DNA from: Pseudomonas aeruginosa
Lineage (GTDB): Bacteria; Pseudomonadota; Gammaproteobacteria; Pseudomonadales; Pseudomonadaceae
Length of the DNA: 32,000 nt
Assembly: GCF_001457615.1 (NCBI RefSeq)
Contig: NZ_LN831024.1
Location: 4,890,001-4,922,000, forward strand
Direction of reading: 5' to 3'
Both the position numbers and the translations under genes were made by a program. The notes beneath the pieces were generated by a model, which saw only the letters and a program-made list of their open reading frames with translations, did no database searches and was not told the origin of the DNA. This document shows, in pieces, positions 1 to 7,829 of this stretch (the stretch's first letter is position 1; every line of letters begins with the position of its first letter).

Positions 1-43
1 ATTTGCAGTCCAGTATGACGATGCCGGCGCTCGGGGAACAAGC

Positions 44-466
44 TCAGCGGCAGCGTTCGGACTCCCGCGAGGCCAGTTCGCGACGAATGGCGTCCAGCTC
101 GGCATCGCTCAGGTAAACCGGCCCGCCGCCGGCGTCCTGCCGATAGAAGCGGCCGCCGCGTTCGAGCTGGGACAACTGTTGCCGCAAGCGCCCGCATTCC
201 TCGGCCAGCGCAGCCTGGCGCTGGCCGGCACGTTCGGCGGCGGCGGTGCGTTCCTCGCGACGAGCATCGAAATACTCCTGGGTGCGCTGCTCGCGCTGGC
301 GGGTCGCGGCGTCACGTTCCACCACCTGCGGCCTGACTTCGACGCGTTGCGCGCCGGCCGGTGGCGTGGCGGAGAAGTGTACCTTGCCCTGGGCATCGGT
401 CCAGCGATAGATGTCCGCCTGCGCCAGCACGGGCATCAGGGCGACACAGAACCACAGGGCACGCAT
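44..466 (-). CDS. DUF4124 domain-containing secreted/periplasmic protein
   Basis: ORF with N-terminal signal peptide (MRALWFCVALMPVLAQA) followed by the typical DUF4124 motif DIYRWTDAQGKVHFSATPP. Confidence 0.85.
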   Translation of the reverse strand: MRALWFCVALMPVLAQADIYRWTDAQGKVHFSATPPAGAQRVEVRPQVVERDAATRQREQRTQEYFDARREERTAAAERAGQRQAALAEECGRLRQQLSQLERGGRFYRQDAGGGPVYLSDAELDAIRRELASRESERCR

Positions 467-566
467 GCGAACCTCCTCCGTGAAATCCAGGACGAAGCTT
501 ACCGGATCGACCGGGGTCCCATGCGACCGACGGTCAGCCTGAACGCCCGTCCAGTCTCCCGGCCGC

Positions 567-950
567 CTACAGGCGGGTCGGCACGGCGCTGGCCGAGGCC
601 GGCGTCTCGCTCAGCCGGCCCAGTTGGCGCAAGGTCTCCAGCCGCGCCTTGGCACGGTAGGCATATTCGCTGGTGGGGTAACGGGCGATGATGAAGTGGT
701 AGGTCTGCGCTGCGTCGACGAACAGGCTCTGGCGTTCCAGGCACTGGCCGCGCAGCAGCGAGATTTCCGGCTGCAGGTAGGGCCGCGCGCGAATCCGCCG
801 TTCGGCCCGCGACAGGTCGAGCATCACCTGTGCGCAATCGCCTTTGTCGTAGGCGCGGTAGGCCCCGTTCAGGTCGCTGTTCAGCGACCAGCTGTTACAA
901 CCGGTGGCACTCAGCGCCAGGCAGGCAACGATCAAGCTTCGCATAGGCAT
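567..950 (-). CDS. Small lipoprotein, probable TPR-like/outer-membrane-assembly-like
   Basis: The internal Met of the 424-aa ORF gives MPMRSLIVACLALSATGC with a lipobox (LSATGC); CAT at 948-950; RBS (reverse complement of 'atcctccgtt') just upstream. 127 aa. Confidence 0.85.
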   Translation of the reverse strand: MPMRSLIVACLALSATGCNSWSLNSDLNGAYRAYDKGDCAQVMLDLSRAERRIRARPYLQPEISLLRGQCLERQSLFVDAAQTYHFIIARYPTSEYAYRAKARLETLRQLGRLSETPASASAVPTRL

Positions 951-1043
951 ATCCTCCGTTGGGAACTGTATCGGCGCGTATTGGCGTGACTGAAGGGCCT
1001 GACTAGACTGAGGTGGCTCTCGCCCTGGCGCCAAGGAGATGCC

Positions 1044-1850
1044 ATGCGCTTCGCCCGCCGTCTCGTCCTGCTCCCATTGTTGTCGCTGCTGGCCGCTTGT
1101 TCGCCGACCACGCCGCTGTTCGTCGCCCAGGTGACCACTGGCGAAGTCGCCGAATACAAGCAGATGAAGAGCAACCGCATGACCGCCGCCATCGAGGAGG
1201 AAGGCGACCTGCTGACCTACAGCGCCATGGCGATCCGCGACAACAGGAGCGCCGAGGCGGAAAAGCTCTACCTCACCGGCTACGACAATCGCCGCTACAG
1301 CGCCGAGGTGCGCGGTATCTCGCTGTACCAGATCGGCCTGATCTACATGAGCCGCTACAACGACCAGCGCGACGACGCCAAGGCCACCGACTACTTCCAG
1401 CGCGTGGTCCGCGAGTTCCCCGGCACCCACGCCGCCGAGCATGCCCAGGCGCGCCTGCTGGCAATGCGCCAGCGGGCCAGGGAGCCGGTGCAGAAGAGCG
1501 CTCGCGAATTGCTCGCCACCTGGAAGCCACAGCAGAACCTCGATCTCTACAAGACCAGCCTCGACCCGGACATGACGCTGCTGTCGCGCCGCGCGGTGCT
1601 CAAGGATCGGGTCGACGAAGCCGCCGAGCTCTACCTGCTGGCGGTCAACGATCCGGCGATTCCTGCCGGTATAAAGGAAAAAGCCCTCTACCAGCTCGGC
1701 CTGATGTACCTGGCGCCGGACAACCCGCACCCGAACCGCGACAAGGCCATCGAATACCTGCGTCGCCAGTTGCTCGACTATCCTGAAGGCGAATTGTCGA
1801 ACAAGGCCGGCCGGCACCTCGACCAGGCGCTCAACGTGCAACCTCGCTGA
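1044..1850 (+). CDS. Tetratricopeptide-repeat-like lipoprotein
   Basis: 268 aa, signal/lipobox MRFARRLVLLPLLSLLAAC, RBS AAGGAG upstream; helical repeat-like composition (YLTGYDNRRYSAEVRGISLYQIGLIYM...LYQLGLMYL). Confidence 0.85.
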   Translation: MRFARRLVLLPLLSLLAACSPTTPLFVAQVTTGEVAEYKQMKSNRMTAAIEEEGDLLTYSAMAIRDNRSAEAEKLYLTGYDNRRYSAEVRGISLYQIGLIYMSRYNDQRDDAKATDYFQRVVREFPGTHAAEHAQARLLAMRQRAREPVQKSARELLATWKPQQNLDLYKTSLDPDMTLLSRRAVLKDRVDEAAELYLLAVNDPAIPAGIKEKALYQLGLMYLAPDNPHPNRDKAIEYLRRQLLDYPEGELSNKAGRHLDQALNVQPR

Positions 1851-1934
1851 TCCCCGCCGGACTGACCCAGATCAAGCGCCCGTCGCGGCGCCTGGTCTGC
1901 AATGGCATTCCCGCCCAATGCCAGGAGCGTTGCC

Positions 1935-2849
1935 ATGAACCTGCATAACCTGCTGGTGGTCGTCGACCCGAGCAGCGACGAACAGCCGGCCCTTTCCCGT
2001 GCCCAGTGGATCGCCGAACGCAGCGGCGCCAGCGTCGAGTTGCTGCTGTGCGACTTCAACCCGGCGCTGGACGGCGGGCTGTTCTTCGACAGTCACTCGC
2101 TGCAGCGTGCCCGCGACCTTTACCTGGACGAACGGGTCACCTGGCTGGAGCAGCTTTCCATGCCGCTGCAGCAGGCCGGCATCCGCACTCAGGTCGAGGC
2201 CCAGTGGGGCAAGCCGCTGGACCGGATGGTCCTGCAACGGGTCGGCGAAACCCGGCCCGACCTGGTCCTCAAGAGCACCCGCAAGCACAACCTGCTGCGC
2301 CGCCTGCTACTGGGCAACAGCGACTGGCAATTGATCCGCCACTGCCCGCAGCCGCTCTGGCTGGTCCATCACGACGCCTGGCGCGGCCAGCGCCTGTGCG
2401 CGGCGCTCGACCCGCTGCATGCCAGCGACAAGCCGGCCGCCCTCGATCACCGGCTGATCGCCGCCGCCCGCCAGCTCGAAGCCAGCCTGGGGCTGCGCGC
2501 CGACTACCTGCATACCCACGCGGCGATGCCGCGCAGCCTGCTGTTCGACGCGGAAATGCTCGCCGGTTACGAGCGTTTCGTGCTGCAACATGAGGAACGT
2601 CACCGCCAGGCCTTCGACGACCTGCTGGCAGCCTACCCGGAGATCGCCGCGGAGCGCCGCCACCTGCTGGCCGGCTATGCCGAGCAGGCGATCCCCGACT
2701 TCGTCCGGGCCAACGACATCGACCTGCTGCTGATGGGCGCGGTCGCCCGGGGGCACCTGGACAACGCACTGATCGGGCAGACCGCCGAACGCGTCCTGGA
2801 GGAGGTGGAATGCGACCTGCTGGTGCTCAAACCGACAAATGACATCTGA
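1935..2849 (+). CDS. Tandem-domain universal stress protein (UspA family)
   Basis: True start MNLHNLLVVVDPSSDEQPAL at 1935 with RBS CCAGGAG; C-terminal LLMGAVARGHLDNALIGQTAERVLEEVECDLLVLKP is the classic Usp nucleotide-binding signature. Confidence 0.9.
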   Translation: MNLHNLLVVVDPSSDEQPALSRAQWIAERSGASVELLLCDFNPALDGGLFFDSHSLQRARDLYLDERVTWLEQLSMPLQQAGIRTQVEAQWGKPLDRMVLQRVGETRPDLVLKSTRKHNLLRRLLLGNSDWQLIRHCPQPLWLVHHDAWRGQRLCAALDPLHASDKPAALDHRLIAAARQLEASLGLRADYLHTHAAMPRSLLFDAEMLAGYERFVLQHEERHRQAFDDLLAAYPEIAAERRHLLAGYAEQAIPDFVRANDIDLLLMGAVARGHLDNALIGQTAERVLEEVECDLLVLKPTNDI

Positions 2850-2931
2850 TGCAGATAGTATGACTCCGCAGTCGCCGCCGAGCCTCGCCGGTGGTAGCCT
2901 GCACGCCAGCGTTATCCAAGGAGTCCTTTGC

Positions 2932-4383
2932 ATGTCCGTTCGCCGCACCAAAATCGTCGCCACCCTCGGCCCAGCCAGCAATTCCCCGGAAGTGCTGGAG
3001 CAACTGATCCTGGCCGGGATCGACGTCGCCCGCCTCAACTTCTCCCACGGCACCCCCGATGAACACCGCGCCCGCGCCAGGCTGGTGCGCGAACTGGCGG
3101 CCAAGCACGGCCGCTTCGTCGCCCTGCTCGGCGACCTGCAAGGACCGAAGATCCGCATCGCCAAGTTCGCCAACAAGCGCATCGAATTGCAGGTCGGCGA
3201 CAAGTTCCGCTTCTCCACCAGCCACGCCCGCGACGCCGGTACCCAGGAAGTGGTCGGCATCGACTACCCGGACCTGGTGAAGGACTGCGGGGTCGGCGAT
3301 GAGCTGCTGCTGGACGACGGCCGGGTGGTGATGGTGGTCGAGGAAGTCGCCGCCGACGAACTGCGCTGCCGGGTGCTGATCGGCGGCCCGCTGTCCGACC
3401 ACAAGGGCATCAACCGCCGCGGCGGCGGTCTCACCGCGCCGGCGCTGACCGACAAGGACAAGGCAGACATCAAGCTGGCCGCGGACATGGACCTGGACTA
3501 CGTGGCCGTTTCCTTCCCGCGCGACGCCAAGGACATGGAATACGCCCGCCGCCTGCTCACCGAGGCCGGTGGCAAGGCCTGGCTGGTGGCCAAGATCGAG
3601 CGCGCCGAGGCGGTCGCCGACGACGACGCACTCGACGGCCTGATTCGTGCCAGCGACGCGGTAATGGTGGCCCGTGGCGACCTCGGCGTGGAAATCGGCG
3701 ATGCCGAGCTGGTCGGCATCCAGAAGAAGATCATCCTGCACGCCCGCCGCAACAATAAAGTGGTGATCACCGCGACCCAGATGATGGAGTCGATGATCCA
3801 CAGCCCGATGCCGACCCGCGCGGAAGTCTCCGACGTGGCCAACGCCGTGCTCGACTACACCGACGCGGTGATGCTCTCGGCGGAAAGCGCCGCCGGCGAG
3901 TACCCGGTGGAAGCGGTGAAAGCCATGGCCCGCGTCTGCCAGGGCGCCGAGAAGCACCCGACCAGCCAGAAATCCAGCCATCGCCTCGGCCAGACTTTCG
4001 ACCGCTGCGACGAGAGCATCGCCCTGGCGTCGATGTACACGGCCAACCACTTCCCGGGGATCAAGGCGATCATCTGCCTGACCGAAAGCGGCTTCACCCC
4101 GCTGATCATGTCGCGCATCCGCTCGTCGGTACCGATTTACGCCTACTCCCCGCACCGCGAGACTCAGGCTCGCGTGGCGATGTTCCGCGGCGTGGAAACC
4201 ATCCCCTTCGACCCGGCGGCGCTGCCGGCGGAGAAGGTCAGCCAGGCCGCGGTCGACGAGTTGCTCAAGCGCGGCGTGGTGACCAAGGGCGACTGGGTTA
4301 TCCTGACCAAGGGCGACAGCTACACCGCCCAGGGCGGCACCAACACCATGAAGGTGCTGCACGTCGGCGACCTGCTGGTATAA
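2932..4383 (+). CDS. pykA: Pyruvate kinase (483 aa)
   Basis: MSVRRTKIVATLGPASNSPEVLEQLILAGIDVARLNFSHG...; MVARGDLGVEI; VVITATQMMESM. Start at 2932 with RBS AAGGAG. The longer upstream Met is unlikely. Confidence 0.95.
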   Translation: MSVRRTKIVATLGPASNSPEVLEQLILAGIDVARLNFSHGTPDEHRARARLVRELAAKHGRFVALLGDLQGPKIRIAKFANKRIELQVGDKFRFSTSHARDAGTQEVVGIDYPDLVKDCGVGDELLLDDGRVVMVVEEVAADELRCRVLIGGPLSDHKGINRRGGGLTAPALTDKDKADIKLAADMDLDYVAVSFPRDAKDMEYARRLLTEAGGKAWLVAKIERAEAVADDDALDGLIRASDAVMVARGDLGVEIGDAELVGIQKKIILHARRNNKVVITATQMMESMIHSPMPTRAEVSDVANAVLDYTDAVMLSAESAAGEYPVEAVKAMARVCQGAEKHPTSQKSSHRLGQTFDRCDESIALASMYTANHFPGIKAIICLTESGFTPLIMSRIRSSVPIYAYSPHRETQARVAMFRGVETIPFDPAALPAEKVSQAAVDELLKRGVVTKGDWVILTKGDSYTAQGGTNTMKVLHVGDLLV

Positions 4384-4394
4384 GCGCACGTCGC

Positions 4395-4657
4395 GGCGTT
4401 ATCCGCCCTACGGACCGGCGCTCCGCTGGCCCAACCTGGTGTAGGGCGAATAACCGCTACGCGGTTATCCGCCGTTTCAGACGCCTCACGGCGAATAACG
4501 CCTATGGCGTTATCCGCCCTACGGACCGGCGCTCCGCTAGCCCAACGTGGTGTAGGGCGAATAACCGCTACGCGGTTATCCGCCGTTTCAGCCGCATCGC
4601 GGCGAATAACGCCTGGGGCGTTATCCGCCCTACAGATCGTCGCTCCGCTGGCCCAAC
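4395..4657. repeat. Imperfect tandem array, 111-bp period, of palindromic intergenic repeats
   Basis: GGCGTTATCCGCCCTAC...CGCTCCGCT(G/A)GCCCAAC recurs at 4395, 4506 and 4617 (exact 111-bp spacing), interleaved with GTAGGGCGAATAACCGCTACGCGGTTATCCGCC, which is internally palindromic (GGATAACCGC-like arms). Confidence 0.9.
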
Positions 4658-4667
4658 AGCGGTGTGC

Positions 4668-5441
4668 TCAGGCGAACCTGGAGAAATCCGGCTGGCGCCG
4701 GTGCATGAAGGCGCTGAGCGCCTCGATCGCCTCGGGCGAGCGCAGTCGGGTACTGAAGATATCGCCTTCCTCGGCGATCACCCGGCGAAGCTCCTCGATA
4801 AACGGCGCTTTCATCAGGCGCTTGCTCTCCACTACCGCCGAGGGCGCCAGGTGCAGGAAGCGCCGGGCCGCATCGCGGGCGTGCTCCAGCACCGTGGCGC
4901 CATCCTCCAGCGCCGCATTGGCCAGGCCCCAGGCCGCCGCCTGCTCGCCGCTGAAGTCCTGGCCGAGCATCAGCAATTCCGCAGCCCTGGCATGACCGAG
5001 CATGCGCGGCAGGATCAGGCTCGAGCCGAACTCCGGTGTCAGGCCGAGGTTGACGAACGGCATCTTCAATCGCGCATTGCGACCGACGAAGACCAGGTCG
5101 CAATGCAGCAGCAGGGTGGTGCCGATACCCACCGCCGGTCCGTTCACCGCGGCGATCACCGGCTTGGGGAATTCCAGCAGGGCGCTCATGAAGCGGCCGA
5201 CCGGGCTGTCGCGCAGGGATGGCGGTTGCTCGAGGAAGTCGAGGATGTCGTTGCCGCTGGTGAAGCAGGCATCGCCGCCAGTGATCAGCACTACCCGCAC
5301 AGCCGTATCGGCCTGCGCCTCCAGCAGCGCCTCGGCCATCCGACTGTACATCGCGCGGGTCAGCGCGTTCTTCTTGTCCTGGCGGTCCAGGCGCAGGGTC
5401 AGCAGCCCCGCTTCGCGTTCGACCCGAATCAGCTCGCTCAT
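4668..5441 (-). CDS. Enoyl-CoA hydratase/isomerase family protein
   Basis: MSELIRVEREAGLLTLRLDRQDKKNALTRAMYSRM...; KPVIAAVNGPAVGIGTTLLLHCDLVFVGRNA; LTPEFGSSLILPRMLG. Start CAT at 5439-5441. Confidence 0.9.
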   Translation of the reverse strand: MSELIRVEREAGLLTLRLDRQDKKNALTRAMYSRMAEALLEAQADTAVRVVLITGGDACFTSGNDILDFLEQPPSLRDSPVGRFMSALLEFPKPVIAAVNGPAVGIGTTLLLHCDLVFVGRNARLKMPFVNLGLTPEFGSSLILPRMLGHARAAELLMLGQDFSGEQAAAWGLANAALEDGATVLEHARDAARRFLHLAPSAVVESKRLMKAPFIEELRRVIAEEGDIFSTRLRSPEAIEALSAFMHRRQPDFSRFA

Positions 5442-5505
5442 CGTCACTCCAGGGATGCGGCGCAGGGCCGCGGCAATGGCTGCAAGGCACCGCCACCGCG
5501 CCGCG

Positions 5506-6432
5506 TCAGGCGTGGGGCAGGAACAGGTCCGCCAGGGTCTGGCTACGCGGTACGCCGGCCAGGTAGAGATGCCGGGCGAAGCGTTCGACGCTGGCGGGTT
5601 GGCCGCAGAGTAAGGCCATGCTGCGCCGCGGAACAAGGCGGAGATCGGCCAAGGCAGAGGGCAACTGCGCCGCCGACACCAGGTTGACGCGCACTTGCGG
5701 ATGACGCCCGGCCAACTCCGCCAACTCGCTCGCCAGGTAGTGGTCGCGCGCCAGGTGCAGCAACTGGATCGGCGCCTGGTGTTCCGCGCGCAAGGCCTCG
5801 CGAAGTATCCCCCAGAGCGGCGCCAGCCCGGTGCCGGCGGCCATCAGCAACAGCGGTCGCTCCTGCCAGTCCGGCTCGTAGCGCAACGCCCCGCCGCGCA
5901 ACTCGCCCAGACGCAGGAGCGCGCCAGGCGCCAGGCGCCGGGCGCGGTCGCAGAACGCGCCGGGAGCGCTACAGTCGATGTGGAACTCCAGCCATGGGTC
6001 CTCGTGAGGCAGGCTGGCCAGCGAATAGGGACGCGCCACGCCATCGTCGCTCCACAGCAGCAGGTGCTGCCCGGCGCGATAGCGCAAGGGCCGCTCCGGC
6101 TCCAGGCGCAGGCGCAGCACATCGCCCAGCCAGTGGCAGGCTACGACCCTGGCCGGCAGCCCGTCGCGCTCAGGATCGAAAGGCTGCAACACGAGGTCGC
6201 CGAGCACCCGGCACTGACAGGCCAGCCGCCAGCCCGCTTCGCGCCGTGCCGGATCGAGCGCCTCCGGGAGGGTGTCGTCCACCTCGCCCTGCAGGCAATG
6301 CACCAGGCAGGCGTGGCAACTGCCGGCGCGGCAGCTATGGGGCACGGCGATGCCGCCGGCGAGCAGCGCATCCAGCAGGTTGCTGCCGGCGGCGACGGCA
6401 AGGCGTCGCTCGCCGACCCGTATGTCAGGCAC
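5506..6432 (-). CDS. 2Fe-2S ferredoxin/flavin-dependent oxidoreductase (ferredoxin-NAD(P)H reductase-like)
   Basis: N-terminal 2Fe-2S motif CRAGSCHACLVHC (Cx4Cx2C), FAD-binding RPYSLAS, NAD-binding LLLMAAGTGLAPLWGIL. GTG start at 6432 preceded by GGGAGG. Confidence 0.85.
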   Translation of the reverse strand: MPDIRVGERRLAVAAGSNLLDALLAGGIAVPHSCRAGSCHACLVHCLQGEVDDTLPEALDPARREAGWRLACQCRVLGDLVLQPFDPERDGLPARVVACHWLGDVLRLRLEPERPLRYRAGQHLLLWSDDGVARPYSLASLPHEDPWLEFHIDCSAPGAFCDRARRLAPGALLRLGELRGGALRYEPDWQERPLLLMAAGTGLAPLWGILREALRAEHQAPIQLLHLARDHYLASELAELAGRHPQVRVNLVSAAQLPSALADLRLVPRRSMALLCGQPASVERFARHLYLAGVPRSQTLADLFLPHA

Positions 6433-7552
6433 TGGTGACCTCCCAGGTGGCGTCGCAGCGGTTTCGTCCGCCGCGCTTGGCACGGTAGAGCGCCTGGTCG
6501 GCCCGCTGCAAGGCCTCGTCGAGATCGTCGTCGGCATACAGCAGGGTCATGCCCACCGAAAGGCTCAGGGTATCCACCGTGACCCCGACCGGTTCCGCCT
6601 GTTGGAACGCCAGGCGCAGGCGCTCGCAACAGCTTTCCAGCTGTTCCGCGTCGGCGTGGGGCAGCAGCAGGACGAACTCCTCGCCGCCGTAACGGGCCAG
6701 GACGTCGCCATCGCGCAGACAGGAACGCGCCACCGCGGCGAAGGTCTGCAGGACCCGATCGCCGGCGGCGTGGCCGTGGCGGTCGTTGATCCGCTTGAAG
6801 TGATCGAGGTCGATCAGCGCCAGGCCGTGCTGCCGGTTCGGCAGCAGGTCTTCCAGCGCCCGGCTGGCCATGCGCATGAAATGCCGGCGGTTGAACAGAC
6901 CGGTGAGTTCGTCGGTGGCCACCAGGTCTTCCAGTTGGCGCATCATGCCGCGCAGCGTGTCCTGGTGCGCCTGCAAGGCATAGCGGCGCTGGCGCATGCG
7001 TTGCCGCATCGCCTGTATGTAGCTGGCGAACAGGCTCAGCCAGACCATTACGATGAACATCACGAGCACCTGCAATGCAGCCCGGCCCGGTAGCTCGAGA
7101 CGCTGCTGCAAGGCCTCTACCAGGTAGATGCCGGAAAAAGCGATGAACGCCAGCGCCGCACAGCGGGCGAAGACCCGCGGCGGCAGTTGGAACACACCGA
7201 ACAGCAGGGCCAGCACGTAGAACACCATGAAGGTGCCGCGCAGGCTGTCGACGTGGTAGAGGAAATAGGTCAGCCAGGCGATCGCCACCAGCACCTGCGG
7301 CTCGGTCAGGCTGGGATCGGCGTAACGCAGGTTGCGACCGCTGGCGAACAGCCAGAGGAAGGCCAGTTGGCAAGCCACCACCAGGGTGGTGCTGGCCGCC
7401 GCGGTGGTCGGCGCTGCGCGGTAGAAGCCGCTGAGTAGCGCCAGCCAGAGCAGGACCAGGCCGAGCAGGTAGGTGCCTGCGGCCATGCCGAACCGGCGGA
7501 GCAAGAGCTTTTGCAGCGCACGCTGTTTCAGGGGAGGCTTGTCTGTGCGCAT
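6425..7552 (-). CDS. sadC: Membrane-anchored diguanylate cyclase (GGEEF) SadC
   Basis: C-terminal GGDEF domain: DELTGLFNRRHFMRMASRALEDLLPNRQHGLALIDLDHFKRINDRHGHAAGD...ARYGGEEFVLLLPHA. N-terminal TM helices (MAAGTYLLGLVLLWLALL...). Start placed at MRTDKPPLKQR (7552); the ORF can extend to 7888 (487 aa). Confidence 0.88.
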   Translation of the reverse strand: MRTDKPPLKQRALQKLLLRRFGMAAGTYLLGLVLLWLALLSGFYRAAPTTAAASTTLVVACQLAFLWLFASGRNLRYADPSLTEPQVLVAIAWLTYFLYHVDSLRGTFMVFYVLALLFGVFQLPPRVFARCAALAFIAFSGIYLVEALQQRLELPGRAALQVLVMFIVMVWLSLFASYIQAMRQRMRQRRYALQAHQDTLRGMMRQLEDLVATDELTGLFNRRHFMRMASRALEDLLPNRQHGLALIDLDHFKRINDRHGHAAGDRVLQTFAAVARSCLRDGDVLARYGGEEFVLLLPHADAEQLESCCERLRLAFQQAEPVGVTVDTLSLSVGMTLLYADDDLDEALQRADQALYRAKRGGRNRCDATWEVTSA

Positions 7553-7829
7553 GGGCTCCGTCCCGTAATGGCACCTGGCCGCAATGTACCCTGCCCCCTG
7601 CGGGTTGCCTAGTCGAACGAACTGCCAGCTAGCGGACCGCGGATTTATCGGCCGACCAGCCGGCTGGCCGACCAAGGTCTGATCGTCGGCGCGTGCGCCC
7701 GTCTCGCCGGAACGGCTATACTGTCGCGCCTTTTTTGCGCCGGTGCCTGACCGGCGCGCTCCTCGGCTGCGGCCGGCTCCGTGACCCTGCCCCGCATCCG
7801 AATTACCCGCCTGAAGAGGACCGTGCTCC

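Noticed and set aside
2839-2931. N-terminal extension of pyruvate kinase (MTSDADSMTPQ...)
   Set aside because: The start at 2932 has an AAGGAG site and yields the canonical MSVRRTKIVATLGPAS N-terminus; the extension overlaps the upstream usp stop and has no homology signature.
2827-4389. 520-aa minus-strand ORF opposite pykA
   Set aside because: Mirror frame of a highly conserved pyruvate kinase; composition typical of antisense translation.
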